A DNA stretch of 64,000 nt. Source: the human T2T-CHM13v2.0 reference genome, Homo sapiens. Each line of letters opens with the position of its first letter. Within the stretch, counting starts at the first letter, position 1. The DNA is taken from the NCBI RefSeq assembly GCF_009914755.1, contig NC_060941.1; one strand, written 5' to 3'. The notes below the pieces were generated by a model. That model worked only from the letters and a program-made list of their open reading frames with translations, made no database searches and was not told where the DNA came from. Positions 35,918 through 51,186 of this stretch are shown piece after piece. The translations under genes and the position numbers were made by a program.

Positions 35918-37574
35918 CTCCATCCTAATTGTTGGCATAACATTAAAATTAGTGACACAACACAGGTTTCTTGTATAGGTTTTCAGAAACTAGCAGTCCT
36001 CAAAATAACAGACCAAGCAATGTAGTTTTTGCTAATGGCACTTGCTGTGACTCATGATAGTCTACTGTTGATGAGCATTCCAACTAAAATAGCTTTCACT
36101 TCACCATTGATTAACATGGCTACCTTGCTAAAACATTTTCTGAAACCAAAAGCTAGAGTGATCATTCATAGCATTGTCTTATTAAAAGACTATGTCATAC
36201 TGTATCGTAGAAAAAGCCATTCTGGGTAGTAGGATTTGCTTCCTGGTCTATTAGGTTATCTGTTCTCCCTTCTAACTTGAGGTAATGTCTGAAAACAGTG
36301 CCATTCAGGTATTGCTTAGGTAACTAAACCAGTGAAACCAGTGAAACTGCCTTTATACTGTTACCAAGAACAGCAGACTCCCATTAAAAAAAAAAAAAAA
36401 CTCTTATTACCCTACTCAAATTATTCATCTTTAAAAAGGCATAGGGTTTTTTTTTAATGTTTATCATCTTGACTTTTTTTTTCTCTTGAAAATTTTTGGA
36501 TTAATTTGAAGATCATTTCAAAATGACCCAGGATATCACGATCTATTTTTCCTCTTCCTAAATTATTTCTCAAAACAGTGTAATTTCTATGTGTGATGAC
36601 GTAGCAGTCACTAACAACCTCAGCGCACTTTTTGGTTAGATATTCCACTCCAAATAGCTAAAATCAACTGCTTTTGGGATTCTAAATGTACTTAAAGTTA
36701 CAGGGTCTGTATGAAAATGCCAGACACTAATTAAATTTTGGTGGCCCATTCATGATACGGCTCTTTTATCTCCGGATTCTGAGATTGAAAAGGTGACTTG
36801 ATCAAGCTATTGAATTACTGTAATAAAACAATTACTCCCTTAGAATTTTAATTTAGAATTTGTCTACTTCCAAAAAGGGTTTAAAGCAGTTATTACTAGA
36901 CTGGCATTAGGTTATTTCAAATGTTGCGGAACAGAGGATCTTCGTGTATTTAGCTTAACAATACAAAAAGAAATTTTGCAAGCATAAATATTCACTCTTA
37001 CAACATGGTGGCAAGGCTTTTCTTTGCAGAACAATCTTTGCCCTCTTACCTGCCAGACTCTTCTCTCATGCTCAGTATGTGAGACAGTTAAGTAAAGGGA
37101 AAAACACTAAAAGCAACTAAAATGATTGGCAAACTTCTCACTGTAACCTAAACTGCTTAGCATACAAAATTATCGTCTACCCAATAGGGTTTTATGTCCT
37201 TTAACTGAAAAGGACACTAAAAATAATTATTGTGGACTTGAGCTTTTCTCTTTCGGCGGGGCGGGGGGTGGGGGGGGAGAATCACCTCTCTTACAAAGAT
37301 AAAAGGCACAGAACTAACGTCTTTCATCCTTTATTGTATTGGTGCGATTATGAAATATTATTATGGCTTATACTTTAGCAAGAAAGTACCAGGAAGGTTA
37401 TTATTAATCGACAATGAATGCCGTTGATACCTTCATGCTCTTTGAAGACAGGATGCTCCGGCTTTGAAGCGCTACATTTCTACATTGCTAACCTACAGGA
37501 ACCTATGTTGAGGTGGTCCCACCGAAATACACGGCTAATAGTTCATCTCTTTCCTCCAGGAACCTTCAGGTTTT

Positions 37575-37642
37575 TTTTTGTTTGTTTTTTTTTTGAGACG
37601 GAGTCTCGCTCTGTCGCCCAGGTTGGAGTGCAGTGGCGCGAT
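37575..37642 (-). mobile_element. Extremely 5'-truncated Alu (48-nt body + tail) with 16-bp TSD
   Basis: TSD ggaaccttcaggtttt at 37559-37574 and 37643-37658. Confidence 0.92.
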
Positions 37643-37939
37643 GGAACCTTCAGGTTTTACTAAGCATCCTTACCCTAATTATCTAAATCTTTGAGACGTA
37701 AATTATTTGATGTGGCTAAAAATCCTCCTGCTAGAATTTAGGTCCAATCCTTTAATGTTCGGATACTCAAATTCTTTAACGAAACTGATCACTGAGCTAG
37801 GCCGACACAAGTCCGCCAAAATGTCCGCAGAAACGTTAAGAAAAGCTGTCATAAGGCCAGCTTGAAAGACATCATAAAAGGCCTTCGCTGTCCTTTGAGT
37901 TAATTATCTAACACCCGAAGAGAGTGCCAGTTCTAGTTA

Positions 37940-39060
37940 GAATCCGCGCGTCAGGTTCTCCAACAGTCAGAAGGGCTTGTGTGAGGGCAGGGAAGATTTT
38001 AAACCCCGTTTCAGGCCCCCTCCCTAGGCTGTAGGAAACCACCCACTCTGAAGCCCGGCGGGGGAGGAGTGCTGCAGCCAGCTGCCGAGGGAGCGCTCTG
38101 CGGCGAGGCCGTTTCCCTGAGTCACGGAGAGGGCGGGAGGCTGCGCCCGTCTGCCCCCGCCACGTCCTCCTGTAAGGGGCTCAGTCGAAACAGGCAGCGG
38201 TCGCAGGGAAACGAAGCGGCACCCGTCGTGCCTCAAGGTGGCCCAAAAGCCTCTTCACTCCCAGGAGACGCCGCATTTCCTTAAAACGAGCTCTCCATTT
38301 CTGGCAGCAATCAGCCGACCCTTCCCCATCAGTATCACGTGCACCTGGAAGTACGTGGGTGGGACCTAAAGCGCCCACGGAAGTGACGTCGGTCGCCCCG
38401 AGTCGCATGATGTGGCAAAATGAAAAAAAAAAAGTGGGGGGAGAAAGAGAAGACTGGCGAAAGTGATGAGTCTAAAAAAGTAGTCCCTCCGGTTCCTCTG
38501 TTTCCCCCCATGTGGCGTCAGGAAGCGAGGCACCGGGCGCACTGCGCCCCGAATTCCTGCGCCCGCCGCGCGCGGCGCTCCGTGGAGGGGTACATAAGGC
38601 GGAGGGGGTGAGGCGACTGGGCGGAGTTCTGTCGCCGGGATCCTTCCGCTGGGCTCAGCCGTTTCCGGAGTCTGCGCTGCGCCCGGTTCCGCCATTGCGG
38701 CTCTCCTGGCCCCTGGAGCCTCCGCCCCCGACCCGAGCTCTTTCGTCTGCCTGCCAGTTTCCTGCGTCCCCGGAGAGGATCCTGCTGAGCCCAGCCTCCC
38801 CCCTCCCCTTCTCCTCCTCTCCCTTGGAGAGCCCGGGCAGCCACTGCCCCGCAGCCCCAGTGACAGGAGGAGACCATAACCCCCGACAGCGCCATGGCCC
38901 AGATTCTGCCAATTCGTTTTCAGGAGCATCTCCAGGTGCGGCCGGGCCCGGGCTGGTGAGGGCTGTGGAGAAGGTGGTAGGAAGGATGGAAGACGCTGGA
39001 GTCTGGGCCCGAGCAGTATCGGAGCTGGAGGGGCGGGGGGGTTGTCGGTGATTGGGGTAG
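37940..39060. promoter_or_regulatory. CpG island / CLTC promoter
   Basis: Abrupt GC- and CpG-rich segment in AT-rich DNA. Contains GC boxes (gggcgg ~38618, ccgccc ~38721), ETS-CRE 38378-38390, E-box 38336-38341 and AP-1 TGAGTCA 38118-38124. Confidence 0.92.
38894..38935 (+). CDS. CLTC: CLTC exon 1 coding part: MAQILPIRFQEHLQ
   Basis: Strong Kozak gccATGG with in-frame upstream TGA at 38861-38863. Donor CAG|gtgcgg. Peptide is the clathrin heavy chain N-terminus. Confidence 0.98.
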
Positions 39061-41155
39061 GTGGAGGAGGGGGCACTATCTTGGAAAGCTTAAAATATTA
39101 AATGATGTGGGGCTTGGATGGAAAGGACAGGAGTTGGGGTGCAAAGAGCTGCAAGGACCAGGCCTGGATCCAAAGGCCTCTCGATCTTGCTTCCTGGATG
39201 GCCAGAACTGCGCGTACAAACTCTCTCCCCATTTTATTCATTTCATTCATTTGGGTAGGGGAGTGGGAGGGGGATTCTCCCTTGTTTCTACCAGAGCAAG
39301 GATTCTTATCCCCTGGGCCAGTGCGGGGCTGTCACCTTCCATTGCTCTCCTCTTTCCCTCATCGTGTCTGCACCCAGGAGTTGTGGGGCGGGTGGGTTGG
39401 GGAGGAGCAACCTTTTTTTTCCCTCCCTCTGCGGCTCTCAACTGAGAAAGGCACCTTCTCCGGTGGTGGGGGTTGGGGGTGGTGGTGAGGCGGTGGCTTT
39501 TCTCTTGCCTTCCCTGAGGCAGTAGGGACAGAAGGTCACTGAAAGAACGGAACGAGGGTAGAATGGGAGAACGCATTTCTTAGAGCTATGTCAATCTCAG
39601 AGTGTGTGGGGTCAAACTCCCTAAGGAAACTCGCCTCCCCTTCCCCCTTTTTTTATTTCTCTGGGGATGTTGTGGCTCTTAACCCCTCTTTGGTTCTGGA
39701 AGGTAGGAAAGAGTGATACAGAGGTTATCTTTTAGTCTTCTCGAGTAGTAGCAGGTAGTTTTGAATATCTTCTTCAGGATCGCATGGAATTGAACAGAGC
39801 CCTGGGGACAGCACAGCTGCTCTGAGACCTGCAGGGCTATTTGGTCTGTGACTGGCTTCCCTTTAGTAAGTTCTAGAGTTCTTCCCCATGGTTCCTTATC
39901 CTGGAGGCAACATATTGTTATCTGGCAACATGCCAGTGGCGGGCCTAGGCAGGTGACCATTGGAAGGCTTCACTGAATTAAACCTCTTCAGAGCTTTTGA
40001 TTTTCCTGTGTCACCAATCCTGTTTTTTACTGTAGCTTAAATAATTTATTCCTATTAATTTGCTTTCTTCCCAAATATCCCCTTAAAGAAACCTGCCTCA
40101 GCTCAGTCGTCTGAAGGGCTAATTCCATAATGACAGAGAATGCAGTGGTTTGACATGACACTGATATCAGTGACCTATTAGACACTTTACCATTGAAGAC
40201 CATTTTTATTTACATTTCCCCATTGGCATAGCATACATAAAGGATTCTTGTTAATAAAAGGTTTTAACATTCAGGCTATAAGTAACATAATTTCATATTT
40301 CTTTGCAAGTATTACCATGTTTGCACTAGCAAGGACTTATTTTCCTTTAAGGCTTGAAATGTAAAGAATAATAAATTTTTACCCATAAAATGAGTTAAAT
40401 AATGCACTTTCCTCAGTCATTTATAATTTTCAAATAACTCATCTGAAGTAATGGAATATACCTTGGCAATAAAAACACTTTTACAGAGGGTTAAAAATGT
40501 TAAATAACAAAATGGACATTTTTTTTTGATCAATCCAAGTTTAGTTGCTGTGGTTGCTTTTGTTAAAGTGGGGTGGCAAATGAATGTGGAGAGTTGAGGG
40601 GTGCTGTTCTTAAGTGTGAGGGGAAAACGGGGGCTTATTTTCATATTAAACTGCATCTGAAATATCTTTCTGCAGACAAATGTTTATAAACCACACAGAG
40701 AATCAAGTACAGCTGCTCTTTATTTTCCACGGCAGATGTGTAGCTCACTACTAAATCTTGTGGTGGTTGGAGTAATAGCTTTTCATTTCTTTTAAAGAGG
40801 AGACAAGAATTGTTAAATGATCCCAAAGATTCGAACCCAACCTTGTCACTTATTAAAGACAAATTTAATACATGTCTGTTTTGTAACTGGATCAAAGTTT
40901 CTGCAGATGCTTGAATGAAGCCATTTTCTTCTCAAATAATTTGAAGATTTTGAATATAAAGCGATTTGCAAATTGAAAAATTCAGTCCTCTGTGTTTTGG
41001 ATTGCTATGTCATGCCTAAACTTAAGCTTGCTTAGCTAATATGACTGTGCTCCAGTTGATTAATTGTGGAGCCCAAATAACTACAGCCTCTTTCATGATA
41101 ATATATCTCCTAACTTCATATCATTATCTCCTCCCTTTTTAAAAATTAATAAGCA

Positions 41156-41434
41156 TTTTGTTTTTTTGAGGAGACAGGGTTTTTGCTGGAGGTCAGTGGC
41201 ACCATCACAGCTCACTGCAGCCTTGACCTACTGGGCTCAAGCCATCCTCCCACCTCAGCATCCTGAGTAGCTGGGACTACAGCCATGAGCCACCACACCT
41301 GGCTAATTTTTGTATTTTTTGTAGAGATGGAGTTTCATGTTGCCCAGGCTAGTCTCGAATGCCTGGGCTCAAGCAATCCTTTGCCTTGGCCTCCCAAAGT
41401 GCTGGGATAATAGGTGTGAACCACCGAGCCCAAC
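41156..41434 (-). mobile_element. AluJ
   Basis: Antisense dimer. Confidence 0.85.
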
Positions 41435-42509
41435 TAATAAGGATTATTTTAATTGGCATCTTTGGTCTTTGACCTCTGAGCTTCTACCAGTTTGCTAAGT
41501 AGCAGAAAACTTTCTGAAACACGTAGGATAAAAACTGGAAACAAGAAATGGGGAACTTAAGTGTGAGTGTAGAGTTACCTTGTGAAACTGTAAATGAACT
41601 TATTTTTATACCCTTTAACTACATTGTCCAACTGAAGGATCTCTTGTCATCAAAGCTTGGACCTACAGCAAATGAATGTGAATATATAAAGATTTCTCTT
41701 TTCCTAGACTGTTTAGACTGATAGCAGTTAATAAATGAGTGCCTATTTGAGCAAGATACTGTTGGAATTGAAGATTCTATAAAAATCCTAGGCTACATAT
41801 ATAAAATATTGCCTGTGATTCTTAATTTTTTGGTGATTTTCAATTTTCTGGCACATTAAGTATCTTTAGGCCACTTGACACATTCCATTGTATTCCTAGA
41901 TTCTTTGGGTCTTCAATTAAAAATCTCCCTACCCTGTTCTTTCCCCTTTGATCCATAGATGCAGGCATGGAATGTGTTGTTAAGTCAAATGTTAGGGGTT
42001 CTTGCTATAGTTAGTTCGGATTGTGAATAGAAAGCAATGCTAAGTACTGGGATTTACTACATGCTTAGTTGTACTCTCTGGAAGAGGTAGACTTCCTGGA
42101 ATTATGCGGCAGTCTCCTGGGAATAGCTTCTAAGTTTAAAATGTATCATATTCTTCAGAATTTTCTTGATGGTCAGTTTACCCAGCTTAAAGTGTGTGGT
42201 TAATTTTAGTGAAAGTGCTTTCACTCTGATTAGGAAATAAGACACAGAATGGTGTGTATGTAGAACACAATCATTTTCATTTGAGTATTTAGGAAAATTC
42301 ACATTTCAGGAACCATGGTAGTTGCTCTTGAACAATTGTTTCTGACCATAATTGGAATTTGTACCTTGCTTTTAAAAGATTCCATTTATATCGAATCCTC
42401 AGCTTCTTTGCAAAATTGTTTTTTCCATACATATGTTTATATGTTATTCAAATTATATTTAACAAGGTGTTTTCCCTGTCATTGTTACCGTTGTGGCTTT
42501 TTCTCTTTG

Positions 42510-42686
42510 AGTTATTGTCCAGTAGAACTTTCTTCAATGATGGAACTGTCTACTAGCTACATAGGGATATTGAGCACTTGAAATGTGGCTGATGTGACTG
42601 AAAAACTAAATTTTTGCTTTAATTTCTTTTTAATTTAAATGTAAATAGCCACATGTGACAATTGACTCCTACATTGGACTGCACAA
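42510..42686. mobile_element. MER3-like hAT-Charlie MITE
   Basis: tgtccagtagaactttc...ttgagcacttgaaatgtggct...ttggactgcac. Confidence 0.75.
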
Positions 42687-43179
42687 TTATAGGCCATGCT
42701 GATGTGTTTTGTAAGTTTGAAGATTTATCTCACCACTCATGTTTATGTATTTAGAATATTTCGTTAGCTAAAATTAAAACACTCATTGTTCAAAAGTTTT
42801 AACTGAATACTGTCTGTCTTGGAAAGTGGTGGTGATGAACAATGACTAGCAGCAGACTTCTTGAGACCTTATTATGTGCTGTAAATTTGGCTAGGTACTT
42901 TCAGATCTTCACTCAATCCCCCCAGACACCTTTCTAAAAAGTGAGACTCATAAAGTAGTGGGAATGCTGTCCGAATGGGATGTGTACCTGAGTCTTCTGA
43001 CACAAAATATTTCAAAGAAATTGGATAATTGACCTTAAAAAAAGAAGTTATACAGTATCCTAGAGTGCTTTTTGTCTGTTGGACTTAGGCCCAGAGAGGT
43101 GAGTTCTCTCTACTTGTTTATAGATTAACAATGTGGTATAGTAGACAGAACAGGGAGGGCTTTAGGGGTTGTTGAAACA

Positions 43180-44613
<1,434 letters not shown>

Positions 44614-45661
44614 GTTAAGTCTAACCTCTTGCTTTTTTTTCTCTGGGAAATGGGCATACTTATCTCACAAAGTTATTATGAGGATCTGAGATCATGTATG
44701 TGAAAGTACTTTACGTAGCATTTTAGGAGCATTAATTATTGGCTAAATAATTTTTGTCCAGTACATTTTATTCAGGTATCTCAACCAATGACACAATATT
44801 CATTTACAGATCCAGTGTTTTATGGTGTATAAGTATTTGGGGTTAACACATTTACCTAAGATTTGAGTACTTACTGCAGATGAGGAACTGTGTTAGACTC
44901 TAGGGACAAGGTGGTAAACAAGATGGACTACACCTTGCATTCATGCTTCCATTGATGAGTTGGCAAAGGCTGTACACTTGTTATTCCAACCATTGATGTT
45001 GTCTACTTGATTGTGGATCTTTTATGTGTTCGAACATTTGATATTGTGCACAGTTTAATACAAATATTGATATGATACAAAGTTGATTACACTCTGAAAC
45101 TGCCCCCCAAAAAGAAACTTTTAAATAAATCTTTTATTATGTTCCACGAGTCTCATTGTGTGCCACTGGTACATTTTAAATTAGGGTTCCTTGAACAGAC
45201 ATATTTGAAAAAAAAACTTAATGAATCATATCGGATAAAATACCCATATGGAATGCCGGTCAGGCGATTGTTAGAGTTATTGTATGTGTTGTATGTGTCC
45301 TTTTTTAGGGTGGTAGTGTTGAAGTGAATCTTCTCACTTAGATGAGCAGTAGGTTCATGGCTGATATTTTAGTCCTGTATATTAGAATGAGGCTGTTTCT
45401 CTAAGTTCATGCACTATATGCCATGCCAAAACTACTTCATGAAATAAACCTGTCTTCTGAGCCACAGCAAAGTTTACAGCTCTGGGTGTCTTGTCTTTGC
45501 TTCTTGGTTAAGTGCCTATGGCTAATGCTCTTAACTCAAAAGATGGCTGAAAGCTTGGACCTAAATGTGTTATGCAAAACCCATCTGTCAGACTTTTGTG
45601 AGTCTCTTCTTTTGTATTATCTCCTTAAATTAAGACATAATTTAAGATATTTTTGTCCTAC

Positions 45662-45960
45662 TTTTTTTGGGGGGTGGGGACAGGGTCTCACTCTGTTGCC
45701 CAGGCTGGAGTGCAGTGGCATGATCAAGGCTCACTGCAGCCTTGACCTCCCTGGGCTTAGGTAATCCTCCCACCTCTGCTCCCTAAATAGCTGGGACTAC
45801 AGGCGTGCGCCACCAAACCCGGCTAATTTTTGTATTTTTTTGTAGAGTCGGGGTTTTGCCATGTTTCCCAGGATGGTCTCAAAATCCCGGGCTCAAGCAG
45901 TCCACCTGCCACAGCCTCCCAAAGTGCTGAAATTACAAGTGTGAGACACCAAGCCTTGTC
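45662..45960 (-). mobile_element. AluJ
   Basis: Antisense dimer. Confidence 0.85.
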
Positions 45961-46039
45961 CTATTTTTGAGGCAGTAACTATTCAAATCTTAATTGTCCT
46001 GTAATCTAATCCATAAAATCAAAATACATGGGCCATTAT

Positions 46040-46210
46040 AGTTGTTTGAGCACCTATTACGTGCCAAGAACTGTATTAAATATTTAATGTTTATTATCTC
46101 ATTTAATTAGCAAGAGAACCCTTGTGCTTAGGTCAGATTAGCCTTATTGTAGAGATTGGGCAACTGAAGTTCATAGTAGGTAACTTTTAGAGTCACACAG
46201 CTAGTGAGCA
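46040..46210 (-). mobile_element. MIR fragment
   Basis: tttgagcacctattacgtgcca...tatctcatttaat...gtcacacagctagt. Confidence 0.65.
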
Positions 46211-47449
46211 GTTAGACTTTTAATATTTATTCTTTCATTTGGCTCATTGCCTCATTTGGTAAATGGTCTGTATCATTTGAATTGCAAAATGTACCACAAT
46301 TGTTTATATCTATGCTGTGATGTTCTTTGATTCTAGTAGTACTGTCGTTTGTTTATCGTGAAATATTTTTTATATTATGAGAAAAGTAGGAGACAGCAAA
46401 CTAACATCTGACTTTATGCCTTGAATGATTATTTAGCTGTATCTTTTTTAAGGACTTTATCCTGTTTCCTATTGGAAAATTGTGCAGGATGATTGGGATC
46501 CGGTTAACTTGTAACCAGGATTGTCTGCATCCCTCTCATAAGACTGAACTTGTCACACTTTTCTATAGACTTTTTCTTACTGAAAAGAATGAGTGTGTTC
46601 CAGTCTGAAGCCACTTGTGAAAGGAGGAAACTTCTGCTTTCTATTTTACTGTAAATTCATGTTTTTGTGTTTATGCCAAGAAATAGAAGCTTGAACTCAA
46701 CGAAGGCAGTTGTGCATGAAAGGGATAGGAAATGAAGGTGACAATGGAATATATTTGCTCATTTTGAGTAGCATCATGGTAGAAAGGAAAATGGTTACAG
46801 ACTTGTAGGGTTGTGCTTTGGAGGCAGACTGCCAGTACTGTTAATACTTCTTGTTCCTAATCCTTAGGTAAATAAGGATTTTCTTCAAGTTCTGAAGTAA
46901 GACGGTTTTAAAGATTATTGCTGAAAGAATAGGAACCAGATCCATTAAAGCCATATTTTGTCACATTAAAAAACTCTGCAGTGTGCTATTCTGGAAAATG
47001 TCTCAGATGTTTAATCTGGGCTTATCTATTGATTATGTCAGGTTTTCAACTTGTCTCAACTTCCTCATTTATTAAAACAATATTTCCTGGCAATTTTAAA
47101 GTTAGACTACAGTATGTTTTTGTATTTGTAGTATAATATTTAGCCCCTTAACCCCTTACAGGCACTCGAATATTAGTTCTTCCCCTCCACCCTGGAAGAG
47201 TTTCCCTTTGTCCACTTGAGTTGAATATATGTGCCGTACTAAAGGAGAAAAACTACCATCTACCCAGTTATTGAAGCCAAGATCTTGAAGTTACACCAGA
47301 CTCTCTAATTTCTCATTTTCTGCATCCGTCGATTTCTGGAGTTCCTCAGTGATGCACACTGGGGGTCTCAGGGATGACAGTTTTTCATGACCCTAGGTTG
47401 AAACTGGGAGTCATAGAAGACGAAAAAACGAGAATTGGATTGGGAGTTG

Positions 47450-47721
<272 letters not shown>

Positions 47722-48225
47722 AACTTGCATTTATTTCTGATTAGCTGCTCATCTGAGAAAGGTGGCTTAAAAAAAACCACCAAAGTGGACAGACTGAAGC
47801 TAAAGACTGTCAGTATATATGCTCTGCTTGGCAAACAGCTGACTTTGGATAGATCTCATTATTTAAAGATGAATAATAAGGGGGAAAAACGTGTAGAGAG
47901 AACATGGTTTACAAAAACCCATCTCTTTCTCCAGTCTCTGCAATATTCTATATTTGGTCATATTGAACTATGAAAATCTAAGGCAGGTTTCTTTATTTTA
48001 CCACAGATATCCTCAGGAAAGAGTCTCCTTATTAAAAGCCTTACTGAATCTCCATAGTATTGTGTCCTCTCACAGTTGCTTCTGTTCTGAGCACCAGAAT
48101 GCTGTTTGGCAAAGGCTGCTGTAGGCTTGAAATCAACTGGATTAGTGAGAGACAAATTTTACACATCTAAAATTCTCCTGTGTATGGCCTCACAGTTGGA
48201 ACTGTTGGATGTTATAAGCAGATGA

Positions 48226-48580
<355 letters not shown>

Positions 48581-48764
48581 TAGAGATCATAATTTACATA
48601 GAAAGATAAGAGAAAAACAACTCTCCTGATAACGCAAATAGATTTGATGTTACAAAACTGCACCATTATGATTGCTCTGTAATGGATTTTTGAAAAGCAT
48701 TGTGAAATGGAGATGACTTTCCAGTGCTGATGTCAAAAATGCATATGCAGAGTTTAAATATAAT

Positions 48765-49063
48765 TTTGTGTGTTTTGTTTTTTGAGACAGGGTCTTGCTC
48801 TGTCTCAAGTGGAGTACAGTGGCGAGATCATGGCTTACCACAGCCTCAACTTCTCAGGCTCCAGCCATCCTCTCACCTCAGCCTCCCAAGTAGCTAGGAC
48901 TACAGGCGTGTGCCACCACACCCAGCCAATTTTTGTATTTTTTTGTAGAAATGGGCTTTGGCCATGTTGCCCAGGCTGGCCTCGAACTCCTGAGCCCAAG
49001 CAATCTGCCTGCCTCGGCCTCCCAAAGTGCTGGGATTACAGGCAGGAGCCACTGTGCCTGGCC
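48765..49063 (-). mobile_element. AluJ
   Basis: Antisense dimer. Confidence 0.85.
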
Positions 49064-49167
49064 TAATTTTATAATTTTAAATGTCTGTAAAGTAAGCAAA
49101 ATGACTAGTTGAATTGTACATTAAATATATCTAATCCCTAAGAGTTTATAATGGAAAGGGATCAAAA

Positions 49168-49820
49168 CTTTTTCAATTGCGATAAAACTCACATAACAAA
49201 ATTAACCATTTTAAAGTGAACAATTTAGTGGTATTTAGTGCATTCACAGTGTCGTGCAGCCAACACCTGTATCTAGTTCCAAGACATTTTCATCTCCCCA
49301 AAAGGAGACCCCATACACGTGAAGCAGTCCCTCTCCCATCCCCCTCCTCCCATCCGCTAGCAACTGCTAATTTGCTTTTTGTCTCTATGGATTTACCTGT
49401 TCTGGATATTTCACATAAATGGAATTATACAATAAAGGACCGTTTGTTTCTAACTTCTTTCACTAAGCATCCATGTTATAGCATATATCAGACTTCATTC
49501 CTTTATGACTGAATAATACTTTGCTGAATGGATATATCAGTGTTTTATTTGTCCTTTCATCAGTTGGTGGACATTTGGGTTCTTTCTACCTTTTGGCTAT
49601 TGTGACTAGTGGTGTTGCAAACATTCATGTACAAGTTTTTGTTTGAATGCCTGTTGTCAGTTCTTCTAGATATATACTTAGAAGTGGAATTGCTGGGTCA
49701 TATGGTAATTTCTCTGTTTCAACTTTTTGAGAGACCACGAAACCGTTTTCCACAGTGGTGGCACCATTTGACATGCCCACTAGAAATATATGAGAGTTCC
49801 ATTTTCTTCACATCTTCTGA
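49168..49820 (-). mobile_element. L1MB 3' end (antisense)
   Basis: accattttaaagtgaacaatttagtggtatttagtgcattcacagt; tctatggatttacctgttctggatatttc; gaattgctgggtcatatggt. Confidence 0.85.
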
Positions 49821-50450
49821 CAGCTTTTTGGGGTGTTGGGATGATTCGTCTAATTGGGAAAATAAGTACCTTATTTGGGCCTATATGGTATTTTTAATTC
49901 TGTGTGTCTGCTCCCAAACTCTGTAGCCCTGCCCTCCCTTATATTGTGTATCCTGTTTCAGATTGTTTCCGTTTCTTCTGAGACACTGCATATACCCCTA
50001 CATGTATCTGTGCTAGGCATACATCCCTGTAACTTCATGGCATTTTTGTAATTGCTGTGTACCTGTTACGTATACTGAGTGGGAGTGTCTCATTTGCTGT
50101 AGAACTCTCTGCATTAGTGTAGTGTCTGGCACACAGTAGCTGCTCAGGCATTTTTTAAGTATATGATTATTGGGAAAACTACAGAGCTAGGGAGAGATCT
50201 GAAGAAATACTAGAAATTTTTTTCTGCAAAGAAAACTTTAGAAAATTGTTGACATCATCTGTGGCATGCAGCAAAAGTTGATGTAAAAGGAACAGAAAGA
50301 CCTATGGAGATAATGGGATGTAATAACAGAAAACATACAGAAACAATTGGTTCTGAAATCAGTTAAGAGCAGAACTGGAATTCATACTCTGTGGAATGAA
50401 TCAGCAATGTGGAAGGAGTAACAAGATTTTTTAAAAAGATTTTGAATTTA

Positions 50451-50748
<298 letters not shown>

Positions 50749-50849
50749 GATTTTAGTTTAGAAGTAAATCCCAGAATTAAGTAAAAGTGGTGTGTGTGTG
50801 TTTGTGTGTGTGACAGAATAGGTTACAAATTTAAGAATTTTAGAAACCG

Positions 50850-51186
<337 letters not shown>

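Noticed and set aside
37668-38330. Divergent lncRNA first exon ending at a minus-strand AGG|GTAAGG donor (37674)
   Set aside because: A single donor-like motif cannot establish a transcript without expression data.
38861-38896. N-terminally extended CLTC from an upstream near-cognate start
   Set aside because: In-frame TGA at 38861-38863 limits any extension to 10 codons.
38366-39076. 236-aa minus-strand ORF (and other 100-180 aa ORFs) across the CLTC promoter
   Set aside because: Non-ATG (GTG) start, low-complexity P/G/R/A composition and no recognisable domain. Expected from stop-codon scarcity in a CpG island.
39778-39952. Possible cryptic exon in CLTC intron 1 (ttcttcag|...gcag|gtgacc), also containing an X-box-like GTTATCTGGCAAC
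   Set aside because: Weak donor and no independent support. Such site pairs are common in a 24-kb intron.
40828-40837. Perfect Pol III B-box (GGTTCGAATC, minus strand) suggesting a tRNA gene
   Set aside because: No A-box at the right spacing and no cloverleaf stems. At most an isolated TFIIIC site or a chance match.
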